The notes beneath the pieces are model-generated. The model saw only the letters and a program-made list of their open reading frames with translations. It ran no database searches and was not told the DNA's origin. Below are positions 51,770 through 64,000 of a stretch of 64,000 bases of DNA, piece by piece. How positions within the stretch are numbered: the first letter of the stretch is position 1; each line of letters opens with the position of its first letter. The position numbers were made by a program, and so were the translations under genes. Source of the DNA: Octopus sinensis (lineage: Eukaryota); assembly GCF_006345805.1 (NCBI RefSeq), contig NC_043004.1:94674001-94738000 (forward strand). Direction: 5' to 3'.

Positions 51770-52260
51770 GCCACTGAAATTCAACAGCTGCAGAAAGACA
51801 TGTGCCAGGAGAGAATTCAAAATCATCGACTTTCAGGATCCATATTAACCATCCACAATGTTTAGTGTGGGTCTTGGAGAAGTTTAGATAAGAAAAGAGT
51901 TTCAAAGTCTGGGAACAGCATTTGCACAGCCATTTCCCAGACCAACCTAATAAAATAGAGATGAGAATGAATTTTCTGGTGAAAAAATAATATTGGAATG
52001 ACTCCCAGAGGACGATGCTTTTATAATCACCAATTAAGGGCTGAGTAGATACAATATGGGTGCAGGAGGTGATGAAGGAATAAAAATTAGTATAATTTGC
52101 ATTAAAACTAGGTATTGTTGGAAGTGACAGTATGTCATTAATATACAGGAAGAAGGTGGTGGGGTGTGCAAAACTGAACATTGAGTCACACAGTAGTTGA
52201 CAAAAGGTGTGTCAAAGAAAGTACTACCTGTACAAACCTCAATAGTATCACCTGGGAGGA
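51770..52260 (-). pseudogene. Degenerate CR1/L2-group LINE RT fragment
   Basis: PTTFFLYINDILSL...FNANYT resembles PTLFLLYINDL...YADDST. Confidence 0.55.
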
Positions 52261-52379
52261 AACTTCTAATATAAGAGTTGGAAGAAGCCTATGTATGTGC
52301 AGTTGTCACATACATGGACTAATTCATACATACACACACACATATGTATAAGAATACATACAAACATACACACACACGC

Positions 52380-52735
52380 AGGCATTTTTTCCAAATACGC
52401 CAGCTAAACATGTTGTACTGTTTATTGGTTGTAAGACACCTGCTGTTTTTGTCCTGTTTTTACCAATATTGTTTTTTGTATTTTATATTCGTGTGGCATC
52501 GCCCGTTTTTCTGTCCCTGTTTCGTATACATTCGATCCTTCTTCCAAGAAATCTAATGCTCGTAGCTTAGTTTTTCCTTGGGGCTGGCCGGATCGGAGCG
52601 ATCTCAAGATTAATCAGCCGAAATTGGTACGATGATCCGGTTCTTGACTGAAGATTGAAGGCTTCGACTGTCCCGTCCGTGTTTTTTGTATCGTCTTCTA
52701 AATGTTTTACGTTCTTGTCCAAGTTTGTATTTTTC
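52380..52735 (+). mobile_element. Dispersed repeat (homologous to 23585-23740)
   Basis: Shared internal motifs, lying between microsatellites. Confidence 0.55.
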
Positions 52736-52752
52736 TACATATATATATTATA

Positions 52753-52795
<43 letters not shown>

Positions 52796-52998
52796 TGTGT
52801 GTGTGTGTGTGAGTCTATGTATGTGACAACTGCACATTCGTGGGTTTCATCCATCTCTTATATTTGTCATTGAATGCTCGAAATGAGGAGTAGATAGACA
52901 GCCAATAACTGATGAAGTGTCGTTCTCTGTGTTTACCTGTCCTGTTTTCTTATTTCATGTTGTTTACACAGCTGATGATGTCCTATACCCACATATGC

Positions 52999-53031
<33 letters not shown>

Positions 53032-53090
53032 CATGTTGAATCGCTAGCTTCTGCATGCATTTTTTTCTCTCTGTGTTTCTTTTCTGTGTA

Positions 53091-53128
53091 TCTTTCTGTT
53101 GAAGAGCATAGGCTCGAAACGTAAAAGA
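53091..53128 (+). ncRNA. Hammerhead-like motif with CTGTTGA core
   Basis: tcttt-CTGTTGA-a-gagc-atag-gctc-GAAAC-GTA-aaaga. Stems I and II pair perfectly. Confidence 0.6.
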
Positions 53129-53346
53129 CTTGTTTTATTTATATTCCTGAGCGCCATACTAATACAATTGTTTGTTTGTACTCCACCTGCCTTCGTCTTT
53201 TGTTTATTTTCATAAAGCTTCCCGTTATATATATATGTATGTATAGTAGATCCCATAAAACAAAGAACAAGCACAAAAGAAACAACAACGTGAGGACATG
53301 GTACATGTAAAGTATTAGCAGACACTCGGAGGAGGAACGGAAGATG

Positions 53347-53381
53347 TTTTAACATTTCAAGCAGAGTTCTTCTTCAGAAAC
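53347..53381 (-). ncRNA. Degenerate minimal hammerhead (CTGAAGA core)
   Basis: gttt-CTGAAGA-agaactctgctt-GAAA-t-GTT-aaaa, same family as 46509-46543. Confidence 0.5.
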
Positions 53382-53470
53382 AGAGGAAAGTCCAGTAGAA
53401 AAATAAGGCAGAGGAAGAAAATCACCAATGATTCACACACACACACACACAATATATATATATATATATA

Positions 53471-53523
<53 letters not shown>

Positions 53524-53979
53524 ATAAAACATGCATGCATAATTATTACTTTCAATTAGGGGTAAAATATCTAAATTTCGTTGATAAATTTTGATATACA
53601 GTCATTAATACATTTGTGTGTGTGTGTGTACATAAAGATCACAAACTAATTGATCAACCTCAATAAAACACAATGTTGGTACTAATTACACTCTCCTTAA
53701 GGAAGTATGTTCATGCTAGTATATATATCTAGGGAAGGACAGAGAGAGAGAGAGAGAGAGGGACAGACAGATAGACACATACATGTGTGAAAACACTTGT
53801 CTTATTTTATCGTCAAGAAACTGATAAAATCTAATGCTTTTCTTTATCCCGACTTGAACGCAGAGTTATAAAATTTCCATATGTTAGTCTCATGTACACA
53901 GAGGAAAACTGCAACAAACAAAAGCAACTTTATAGCAGAATAACAACAAACATATGATAAATAAATAAAAGAATAGAAA

Positions 53980-54177
53980 CATATACAGATGTGTATATAT
54001 ATATGTATGTATACACACACACACACACACAGACACACACATATATGTGTGTGTGTGTAAATGTGCATGTATAAGTAACTATGACTAGTGTGTATGTGCA
54101 TATTTATATGCATATATATGCATGTGTGATTATATATATATATATGTATATATATATACATATACACACACACACAC

Positions 54178-54212
<35 letters not shown>

Positions 54213-54284
54213 TAATATATACATATACATATGCATATATATATATATATACACACATATATATATGCAAAAACATATACATGC

Positions 54285-54319
<35 letters not shown>

Positions 54320-55039
54320 AACCAGAATGTAAAAATTAAAGTTAAAATACATTAAAAGAAAAATGGAAGAAATTGAAGAAATTCTGTGAAAATATTTGAA
54401 ATTTCACGAACAATTTTCCCTAGAAATGAAAATAAGTCATCAATCAATTTGTTTTATTTCTAAAATGATCTACAAATTTAAGCGAATGACATCAAATCTA
54501 ATGGACATTACGTTTGCTTGCATCTATGATAAATTAAGCCTCATTATTGTCTCCTCTCCCTCTTCCTCACACTCTCTCTCTCTATATATATATTTGTCTT
54601 TCTGATGCACTCTCTCTTCCATCATCCTCATCACTACCTAATCTTTCTTTCTATGTCTCTCTCTCTCTCTCTCTCTTTTTTCTTTTTCTCTCACACGATG
54701 AATGGCATCATGGGAATTGTCTCAGAGATTAAATTTAAAATTATAGATTAGGTTTCGTCTAATTGTAGGTATCCGAGGAAGGTGTTTAAAAGATTGGGAA
54801 AGTTCAGGAGATGCACGATTAGATGTTTTATGCTGCACTGCTGTTTTGTACCAACCCGCCACTCCCACGACCACTACCAACACCAACACCTCTACTACTA
54901 ATAACAACAATGATGATGATGACGACGACAACAACAACAAAGATGATGATGATGATGTCAAAATGAAGGAGGAACAGGAGGGGAGAAGGAGGAGATTAAT
55001 AATGATAATAATAATAATAATAATAATAATAATATAATA

Positions 55040-55071
<32 letters not shown>

Positions 55072-55121
55072 TAATGATAATAATGATAATAATAATAATA
55101 ATGATAATAATAATAATAATG

Positions 55122-55161
<40 letters not shown>

Positions 55162-55401
55162 TAATAATAATAATGATAAGAATAAGAATAATAATGATAA
55201 TAATAATAATACTAATTTCTATCATACCACTATTATTGATTAAAAAATATTCCTAAATCCCATTTTAAATGTAAATTATTGCAAATGTGTAATGATTTAT
55301 GCAGATAATTATGTGCTGATACATGTGTAGATATGTATGGGTACATGTATGTCTTAGTATGCATGTAGAGGTATATGAAAGTGTGTATATACATGTGTGT
55401 G

Positions 55402-55454
<53 letters not shown>

Positions 55455-55462
55455 ATATTATA

Positions 55463-55538
<76 letters not shown>

Positions 55539-55689
55539 ATATATATTAATGTGTATTATTACATATATACTACTGCATATATATACAGTTATATACACTA
55601 TACACACATGCAGACATGAGTACACACTGAACTACATTTAAATTTAAATATATTCATTGTTGAGCATATACATATATGCATACATATAC

Positions 55690-55725
<36 letters not shown>

Positions 55726-55792
55726 GCAAAACATGCATGTATGTGTATATACATGTATGTATATAACTATAGATTGATACATACATACATAG

Positions 55793-55824
<32 letters not shown>

Positions 55825-55843
55825 GTATATATATATATATATT

Positions 55844-55874
<31 letters not shown>

Positions 55875-56263
55875 AAATGCATACACATGCACACACACAC
55901 ATATGTATACATATATGCCCATGCGTATATAAATTACACACGAACAACTTTTGCATATATGCATAAAAGCATACGGTGCCTTTAAATGTATTTATTTTTG
56001 TATATGTACACACTTATGTGTAACTACATGAATGAATACACATGCCAGATTTTATACAGTTTTATTTAAACATACATTCATGCATGTGAATGTGTGTGTA
56101 TGTGTGTGTTTGTGTGTGTATAAAACCATACACACATAACTAAGTTAATTATGCATACATGTAATGAGCATATATATAGATATATATATATATAGATATA
56201 TAAGTAGATAGATAGATACATACATACATACATAATAGATACATATACATATGTACATATACA

Positions 56264-56316
<53 letters not shown>

Positions 56317-56340
56317 ATGTATGTATATATGCATGCATAT
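53980..56340. repeat. Compound microsatellite field: (AT)n, (AC)n, (AAT)n, (CT)n
   Basis: Direct inspection. Confidence 0.9.
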
Positions 56341-56734
56341 ATGTTTGTGTGTATGGATGATATTATATAATGCTGTGTACATATTGTTGAATCTGAAAGC
56401 ATGTGTATATATACAAATAGTATATACAAAAACATGTACAAGCTAATATAAAATTCACATTTGTGTTTTGCATAAATATGCTTCAGTATATGACTTTTTT
56501 CCCTATTATTATATGGTGTATACATATATGTGCATAAACTGATATGCTTAGGTGCACTATGTGTAAATTTAACTGTCAACTATAATGTACCCGTAATAAT
56601 GTTATGCCCATCCACCCTTCTAAATGACCCCTAATAGACTCAGTAGACCAGCGAAGGGCAGGACAAGTCAGTGACACAGCTGAGATTTGCATCCCAATAT
56701 ATGGGTTATGAAGCAAAGCAAGAGACAATTTGTC

Positions 56735-57380
56735 TCACTAGCTGCTACTGCTGCTGCTGCTGCTGCTGCTGTTGTTGTTGTAGCTATTGTTGCTGTTGCT
56801 GTTGTTGTTGATGCTATGTTGCTTTTGTTAACATTGTTGTTATTTGTGTTGTTGGTGTTGTTGCTGCAGTTGTTGTTTTTGATGTTATGTTATATTGCTG
56901 CTACTGCTGCTGCTGCTGCTGCTGTTATTGTTACTGCTATTGTTGTTGTAGTTGTTCTCAATTATGTGCTTCTGTTCTTGTTGTTATTGTTGTCACTGCT
57001 GCTGCTGCCCCTCTAAATGACTCTCTTAATGTTGCTGTGGTTACTCCTTTGCTAATAAATCATGAAGTTTTTTTGTTTTTTTCTTTTGCTAGAAAAGATA
57101 TAGAGAATTTATCATCCACTACCCACGCCCCATCACCGTCACCACCACCACCACTAACCATCATCATCCTTATCATTATCATAAACATCATGATCATCAG
57201 CATCAAAACTATCATCATCATTACCATCATTGTCATTGTTACCAATCGTCATGATCATCATCGCCTTCATCATCATCATCATTGTCGTCATCAGTGACAT
57301 CCACCTCATCATAGCCATTATAATCACCATCATCAACATCATCATCATCATCATTACCATCTTTATCATCATCAATAACA
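56735..57380. repeat. Trinucleotide low-complexity tract (GCT/GTT then CAT/CAC)
   Basis: Direct inspection. Confidence 0.9.
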
Positions 57381-57624
57381 AGAATATCGATACTATCCAT
57401 TTCCTCTAAAAATCATCCATGACTACAGATCAATAAAGCTATTCTGTAGTTGTCTGAGCAGCTTCAAGTATTGTAATCAAATCTCTGTCAATGTATTTTA
57501 CAACCATTTCTAAAATATGGGCCACAGATTCAGCAAGGGCTCCAAACTAAGGACAACATAGACTTCAATGAAACCAATCTTTGGGAAATTTATCACTGGA
57601 CACCCAGACTTACAAATTATCGGA

Positions 57625-57952
57625 GGCACGTCCATGTCGGTGGCACGTAAAAAGCACCATCCGAATCGTGGCCGAAGCCACTGCCGCCTCGACTGGCTTC
57701 TGTGCAGGTGGCACGTAAAATGCACCAATCCGACCGTGGCCGATGCCAGCCTCGACTGGCTCCAGTGCAGGTGGCACGTAAAAAGCACCCACTACACTCA
57801 CGGAGTGGTTGGCGTTAGGAAGGGCATCCAGCTGTAGAAACATTACCAGATAAGACCGGAGCCTGGTGCAGCCTTCTGGCTTCCCAGATCCTCGGTCGAA
57901 CCGTCCAACCCATGCTAGCATGGAGAACGGACGTTAACCGATGATGATGATT
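57625..57952 (+). mobile_element. SINE/LINE-tail element with internal tandem repeats, ending in (GAT)n
   Basis: Three copies of ggtggcacgtaaaa(a/t)gcacc at ~64-67 nt spacing, then gttaggaagggcatccagc...ccatgctagcatggagaacggacgttaa. Partial copy at 62345-62535(-). Confidence 0.75.
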
Positions 57953-58419
57953 ATGGCCATACTGTGAAGTACAGAATCTAAACAACAGCAACAGAAATAG
58001 CAATGAAGGTGCTAAAGAAGGAACATCTATGTAGTCACTTTACCAGCTAGAAACAGTAGCTATAATCTTCCTTAAGTCACACCCTACCATCTTGGAAATG
58101 GAAGGACCCATTGGATACTATAGTCCTAGATATAGAATATCTGAAATAAAAGATAGAGTGGTCAAAAGTGGTATATATGTCGATTCAGTTCAGTATGATC
58201 TAAGCAAAACAAAACAAATATGACATGAAAATGCAACATCTCACTCAATATTTATGCATTAAATAATCTACCTCTCACTCAAAGCTGAATACCTTTGTTG
58301 AAGCAGCAGATTCCTAAAAGTTTTCCACTCTCTTCCTACCTCTGTTAATATACATATGAAACACTCCTACTACTGATGAAAATCACCTAGTAGAAATCGG
58401 GAGACTACTTAACAACTGA

Positions 58420-58850
58420 AGTACTTTATTTCAGGGATGATTTTCTAACTAATACATTACATCTCTTCCATAAGAATTTCTTTTCTGTTAACCTGTTTAT
58501 GATTCTACTGCATCTGCAAGACAACCAAAGTTTACATAGATTAAACACAATAGAATTCCAACCTGCACCATTTTTGCAAACTGCGTCTACCTTTTTCCCA
58601 GATGGCAGTAGAGTTCTGCATTCCTTCATGTCTGTTCTCTTTGTTAGGTTTACCTTTCGACCTCTTGAATCAAAGCATTGCATCAAAGTTGGAACTCTTT
58701 CCTCCCATTCTTTGATTGATTCAGCACACAATTGTCACCCCATGGTGACAGCAGTTTTGAATTCTTTTATTATAAGGAGGGGAATTATAATAAACAAGAG
58801 GCTGAAAGAACTGAGCCCTTAGTTCTTAGGGTCCTCTTCACTGGAGATGA
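58420..58850 (-). pseudogene. RTE-type LINE RT C-terminal fragment
   Basis: SRGRKVNLTK...LPSGK..DAVCKNGAGWNSI...CKLWL..RCS resembles RVNLAKTK...WPC.IC.KGVG.NSI.C..C..W.H.RCS. Confidence 0.65.
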
Positions 58851-58867
58851 CTCTTTCATATATTACA

Positions 58868-59264
58868 CTAGCAGTATCACCCGGCGTTGCTCGGGTTTGT
58901 AAGGGAAATAACTATAAAGCATTTTTAGAGAGTTATAGCCAAAAAATAGCAAAAAAATGCATTAAAAATGGAAAAAAAATTATGGTAAATTTTTTTTTAA
59001 ATCGTTGACTCATCGTAGACATTTTTAGAGAGTTACTTCCCTTATATAATAGCGAAAAAATGCATTAAAATGGAAAAAAATGATGGTAAATTTTTTTTTA
59101 AATCGTAGACTCATCGTAGACGTGCGCTAATACCCAGAAGGGCTTGATATGAATCACGACTATAAGATACCCAGTTTTGGTTAAACTGCACTGCAAAATG
59201 TGGGAGTAGTTAGGAATCTAAATCGGAGGAGACAGACACACAACCTTACTTTTATATATAAAGA
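58868..59264 (-). mobile_element. Non-autonomous Helitron with internal duplication
   Basis: CTAG/TC ends on the minus strand. A ~100 nt segment (ttttagagagtta...aaatcg) is present twice. Confidence 0.9.
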
Positions 59265-60071
59265 TTTCACTAAGTGAATTTCTGCTTGGCTTGTAATCTT
59301 TAACATTCCAGCAACCACTTCAAATGGTCCAGCTGCTTTCTTTTTCATGTCCATGATAACCCTATTTGACCATACAACAGTCATACTCACCTACTGCGTG
59401 GTCCATCTTGGATTAGCCCCCTCCCCTCTCTACCACGACACTCTCCCCATTCTATAAACTTTCATTGTAACATTTCCATATGCCTTCTTGTTCTCAGTGA
59501 AGCTATGTAGCTACATGCATCATTCTCCATTCTGCATTTCACCAATGATTTTGATGTTCTAACTCATGCTGATATACACCTTTGCAAACTAGGAATACTT
59601 CACACAACTATTCATGTCATTGAAGACACATACACACTTCAACCAGCACTTAATAAATATCACACACACCCAAACACACATACTTATATGTGTATGAATG
59701 TGTATGAATGCGTGTGTGTGTGTGTAGTATTAATAATGATAAGGAGAACAGATATTTTTCACATCCATAATTTTATTTATCAGTTAGGATGCTGCAAATA
59801 ACTAAAAGTAAAATTATGGGTAAGAAAAAAAATCATTGTTCTCCTTATCATTATTACTTACTCTACGGAAATTATGTGGTCCTGAATAGGACACTCAGAT
59901 TTACCAAGCAAGAGAAGTTACCTGAGGCTAGTAACTTATTGTTAACTCTGGTATCACAAAAAGACTGTTGTGGTTAACCAGCATCTGAAACCAAATTAAG
60001 AGGAAATACAGTAGCTACCAGGATAATATATCATTTTTGGATATAATATATATATATATGTTGTTTTTTTT

Positions 60072-60286
60072 TTCTTTATTGCCCACAAGAGGGGACAAAC
60101 AAGGACAGACAAAGGGATTAAGTCGATTTACATCGACCCCAGTGCATAACTGGTACTTTATTTACCGACCCCGAAAGGATGAAAGGCAAAGTTGACCTCA
60201 GCGGAATTTGAACTCAGAACGTAACGGCAGACGAAATACGGCTACGCATTTCGCCCGGCGTGCTAACGTTTCTGCCAGCTCGCCGC
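60072..60286 (-). mobile_element. SINE family C
   Basis: Homology to 26787-27016. Confidence 0.9.
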
Positions 60287-60455
60287 ATATATATATATAT
60301 ATATGCTTACACACACACACACACACACATATAATTATATATATATAGTAGCTGTTTAAAATTATATGAAGCCTTTTAAAACAGTGTCACTGTGACTTCA
60401 GAGTTTCACCAAAGTAGGCTCCTCAGGAGGTATTAAAATAAAGGAGATTGTTATA

Positions 60456-60998
60456 CAAAGGTGAGTCAAAAAGTAATGCCATTTTGTTTAGGACAGGTAT
60501 AATTACCAGCACAGGAACATGCATCATACATCAAAATGAAGCTGGTCCTCTGTGGATCACATCCCTACTTCCCAACATAGCCACCATTTCTCTCAATAGC
60601 AATGTTGCACCTTTGAATGAGAGCATGTATCCCTGACCCGTAAAATTCTGTTGACTGTTCTTTGAGCCACTCTTTCACTACAGTTTTCACTTCCTTGTCA
60701 CTGGAATAATGCTTGCCTCTCAAACCCTCTTTCGTGGCGCCGAAGAGATGATAGTCTGAAGGCGTTAAATCTGGTGAGTGAGGAGGTAGTGAAGAAGTGG
60801 CTCAAAGAACAGTCAACAGAATTTTACGGAACAGGGATACATGCTCTCATTCGGAAGTGAAAGATTGCTATTGAGAGAAACAGTGACTATGTTGAGAAGT
60901 AGGGATGTGATCCTCAGGGGATCAGCTTTAGATTGATGTATGTTTTGGTAATTATACCCGTCCTAAACAGAATAGCATTACTTTTTGACTCACCCTCG
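60456..60998. mobile_element. Mariner-derived MITE built from two transposase 3' ends
   Basis: TIRs c(a/g)a(a/g)ggtgagtcaaaaagtaatgc with TA flanks. The C-terminal motif IHALI....IAIERN.DYVEK occurs on both strands. Confidence 0.8.
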
Positions 60999-62344
60999 TA
61001 CATAAAGTTAAGGTGTATGAGTAAGTGTGATAGATTACTTAAAAAGGTAGAGTGAATTAATTGAATAATATTATACTCAATTGCAAAGACTAGACTAAGG
61101 ATATGTAACAAGACAGAGACAAGTATAGGAAATAGGCTGGATCAAACAGTATGTGTGTTAGTGGAGATGCGAAAGGTGTTGAAACACTTGTGATAATATG
61201 AGTTACACAAATGCTTACAATTGTAAAATACAGAATTAAAAGCTCAAGTCCCTCAATATCTAAATATTGTGGGAAATTCTAATTGCTATTGGTAATGGAC
61301 ACACATAAAAACTAATGAATAATAATTAGAACAAGTTATTGAATCAGCTTTTTTAGTATGGAGACAGAAGAACTTAACTGTATTTGCTTAATTTAATTTA
61401 ATTTTAGTTACGTAGATAAACAAATAATAATAATTATTGTTGTTAGAGTGTATTATGATGGAAATTTAATGTACTTATAAAGGCTTTTATATAATTTTTT
61501 TGCTCTACTGTAGTATACCTGGTATCTATTTCAAATGAGAAAATTAATGGAAACAGAGAAGACTGTGTTACAATTAAGCCATTAAGTGTGTTTTATTACA
61601 AGAGCATTAGGATTTAAAATAACCAGGGATTACAAGCAAGAATTCCTAATTACGTTTGTATTGAGCAAGTTACTTAAAAGTTTTGGATGGAAAATTCTGA
61701 GGTTGGGATTAATTACAGAAACTGATTGGAAGATGTTTATATATTAATGAAGGAATTGGAAGGATATCTTAATGAAATAGAGAAGTCTGATTAATAGTTA
61801 TTATGCAGTGAGCTTGGCTATGTAGTAAATGCATATATTTATTTCTAAAGACTACAATGGAAATGGGATATTGCTAAATTAGGCTAAAAATTAGATTTTC
61901 TTTTACAACCTACGCTTTGGGGAATAGTCATTCTACTAACTAGATAATGGAAAGATAATGGAAAAATACTCAGTTGCCATTAGTTTTAATGATAACTAGC
62001 AAAGCAGGATTTAGCTAACCATATCATATTACTAGAGCGTGGGTTAGAATTACTGAAAAGGAGATTTATATTGAAGAAATAACTATTAAATTTACAATAG
62101 TAAGAGAAAGTAAAATGCCCATTGGAAGCTAAGTAGAATTGGTAATAATAAGGGATCTGTGTTGACTAGATTTAAGAGCAGTTTTAGTAAGGTGAAAAAA
62201 GAAAAAAATCAAACAGAAAACACACTGGAAATACAACGAAATAAAAGTTGTATGCAGTGTCTCTTTGAACGTGCACACATACACACACGTACATACATAA
62301 ATATATGTATATTTATATACATATATATATAAATCTTTGTATAC

Positions 62345-62535
62345 ATCATCATCATCATCATCATCATCATTTAGCGTCCGCTTTCCATGCTTGCATGTGT
62401 TGGACGGTTCAACTGGGGTCTGAGAAGCAAGAAGGCTGCACCAGGCCCAGTCTGATCTGGCAATGTTTCTAGGGCTGGATGCCCTTCCTAATGCCAGATG
62501 CCCTTCCTAACACCAGATGCCTTTCCTAATGCCAT
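62345..62535 (-). mobile_element. Partial copy of the 57.6-57.95 kb element
   Basis: (CAT)n plus agcgtccgctttccatgc...ctggatgcccttcctaa, with a triplicated 20-mer. Confidence 0.75.
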
Positions 62536-62548
62536 AAATGCATATACA

Positions 62549-62597
<49 letters not shown>

Positions 62598-62639
62598 ATG
62601 TGTGTGTGTGCATGTGTGTGTGTGTGTCTATATATAGTT

Positions 62640-63148
62640 AAAATTTACAGAAAAATAAAAGATGAAGACAGGTGTATAAGCAACAAGCAGGTTTGACGCT
62701 TGGGAAAGTGAGAAAGTCTTTTACATTTCAAGCCTATGTTCTTCAACAGAGAGGAATAAGAGAAAATAAACAGAGAGACGATAAAAAAGTTTGTGGATTT
62801 AGTGGTCAAGCATGATGACTGGTTAGAAAAAAACGGTTTGACAGGAGAGGTAGAAATAAGGGGAGATAATAAAGTATTGGTGATCCCAAAATGAAGGTGC
62901 ACGCATGTGTGTATGTGAGAATGTGTAAGTATGTCTGTGTGGATAGGGGCTAGTTACTTTCATGTATGTGGATGTGTGTATGTAAGTGTGTGTGTCTGTA
63001 ATATGTGGGTGTGTGGATATTGCTGTGTGGGGTGGGTGCTGGGAAGTGGCCAATGCTTGTGTATGTGGAGTGGTGTGGGGTGGGGTGAGGTGTATGGGGG
63101 TGTGGGGTAGGAGGACAGGGATATGTGGATATAGGGGTGAGGTGGGGA

Positions 63149-63150
<2 letters not shown>
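62640..63150 (-). mobile_element. AC-rich Penelope-like repeat with an HHR-like motif at 62717-62754
   Basis: Homologous to 38585-39230. Minus strand reads ctct-CTGTTGA-agaac-atag-gctt-GAAA-t-GTA-aaaga. Confidence 0.6.
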
Positions 63151-63190
<40 letters not shown>

Positions 63191-63193
<3 letters not shown>

Positions 63194-63352
63194 GACAGGC
63201 TTCTTTCAGTCTCCATCTACCAAATCCACTCACAAGGCTTTGGTCGGCCCGAGGCTATAGTAGAAGACACTTGCCCAAGGTACCTTGCAATGGGACTGAA
63301 CCCGGAACCAAGTGATTGGCAAGCAAGCTACTTATCACAAAGCCACACCTGC
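63191..63352 (-). mobile_element. SINE family B, head half
   Basis: Homology to 50930-51081. Confidence 0.85.
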
Positions 63353-63369
63353 ATGTTGAAACTATTTTT

Positions 63370-63620
63370 ACATTTTTACTTCATAGTAGATTTTGGTGTT
63401 TGTCTGCAGTGGTTATATATGCTATTGTCTAAATTTTGTGTAATATCAAGTAAATTAACTATACTTAAGTTTGTGCCCAACATCACTATATGCACACTTT
63501 CAAGGTTATCAAATTTTGTGTGTAATGTATATACTATTTAGAGACCTAGAGTTACAAAAATCCATCTGAAATATTTCTATCCATCAGCTTATTAAAAAAT
63601 GTCTAGTTTTCTTTTTCCTA
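63370..63620 (-). pseudogene. Possible very degenerate Penelope-type RT remnant
   Basis: FVTLGL*IVYT (~LVTLDV.SLYT) and NHCRQTPKSTMK*KCKNSF (~YYKQ.KGTAMG.KCAPSF), weak. Confidence 0.3.
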
Positions 63621-64000
63621 AAAGTCTCAACAAATGAAAACAAAGATCTTGAATGCAAAATGAATTTGACTTCATCAGCTGTGCTCATGGTAATGATTTC
63701 AAAAGGTAAGTGCTTCTAAAATTTGAAGTTAATGAGAAAATACACTCAATTGTGTTAATTTATACAAGTACTTGTTGAAACTAGTAAACAATTTATTGAC
63801 CAATGAAGTGTTGTTTTATATGGGTAGGCTCACTGCTGTTTAATGCTTTATAATGATTTTACTACTGACTTACATCTTGGGTGGGTTTAACTGTTTGATA
63901 GGAGAGGTTGTGAAAGAAGTTTTGATTGAGATTTTTAAGTGTAATTTGTGGTATGCAGAGTGATATGTGTTCAAATTTGTTGTCTTGGTCTAATCTGGTT

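Noticed and set aside
52570-52670. Hammerhead-like ggctg...cagcc-GAAA followed by CTGAAGA
   Set aside because: No core lies before stem II, and the downstream CTGAAGA cannot form the required type II pairing.
57625-57800. CRISPR-like array
   Set aside because: The context is eukaryotic, there are only three units, the spacers are homologous and there are no cas genes.
58365-58410. CTGATGA...GAAA near 58373 (also isolated CTGATGA at about 12236, 32727, 34428)
   Set aside because: No stem II or stem I pairing; such matches are expected by chance.

Overview
Eukaryotic, AT-rich, very microsatellite-dense DNA. The SINE, Helitron and LINE repertoire most resembles a coleoid cephalopod (Octopus-like) genome; this is an inference from repeat families, not a database result. 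I could not confidently identify any host protein-coding gene. Almost all ORFs in the supplied track are microsatellite or decayed-transposon translations. The window holds several tRNA-derived SINE families (over 20 copies or fragments), non-autonomous Helitrons plus a fossil RepHel fragment, a near full-length dead Tc1 element with apparent DD36E spacing, mariner-derived MITEs, LINE RT fragments and one CpG-rich promoter-like island near 9.3-9.6 kb. The main hidden signal is a dense set of about 14 type I hammerhead ribozyme (HHR) motifs from several unrelated repeat families. Eight of them sit in four inverted dimers with both 3' ends pointing outward: a 5 kb palindrome at 2.6-7.7 kb and smaller ones at 21.3-21.9, 31.3-31.8 and 39.3-39.8 kb. 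One of these dimers is a tRNA-headed, HHR-bearing SINE-like unit. Most HHRs have short self-complementary stem III helices, as in the dimeric minimal HHRs of Penelope-like elements, and several have non-canonical catalytic cores. A separate 2.2 kb inverted repeat carries a nearly identical Helitron at the same site in both otherwise diverged arms.
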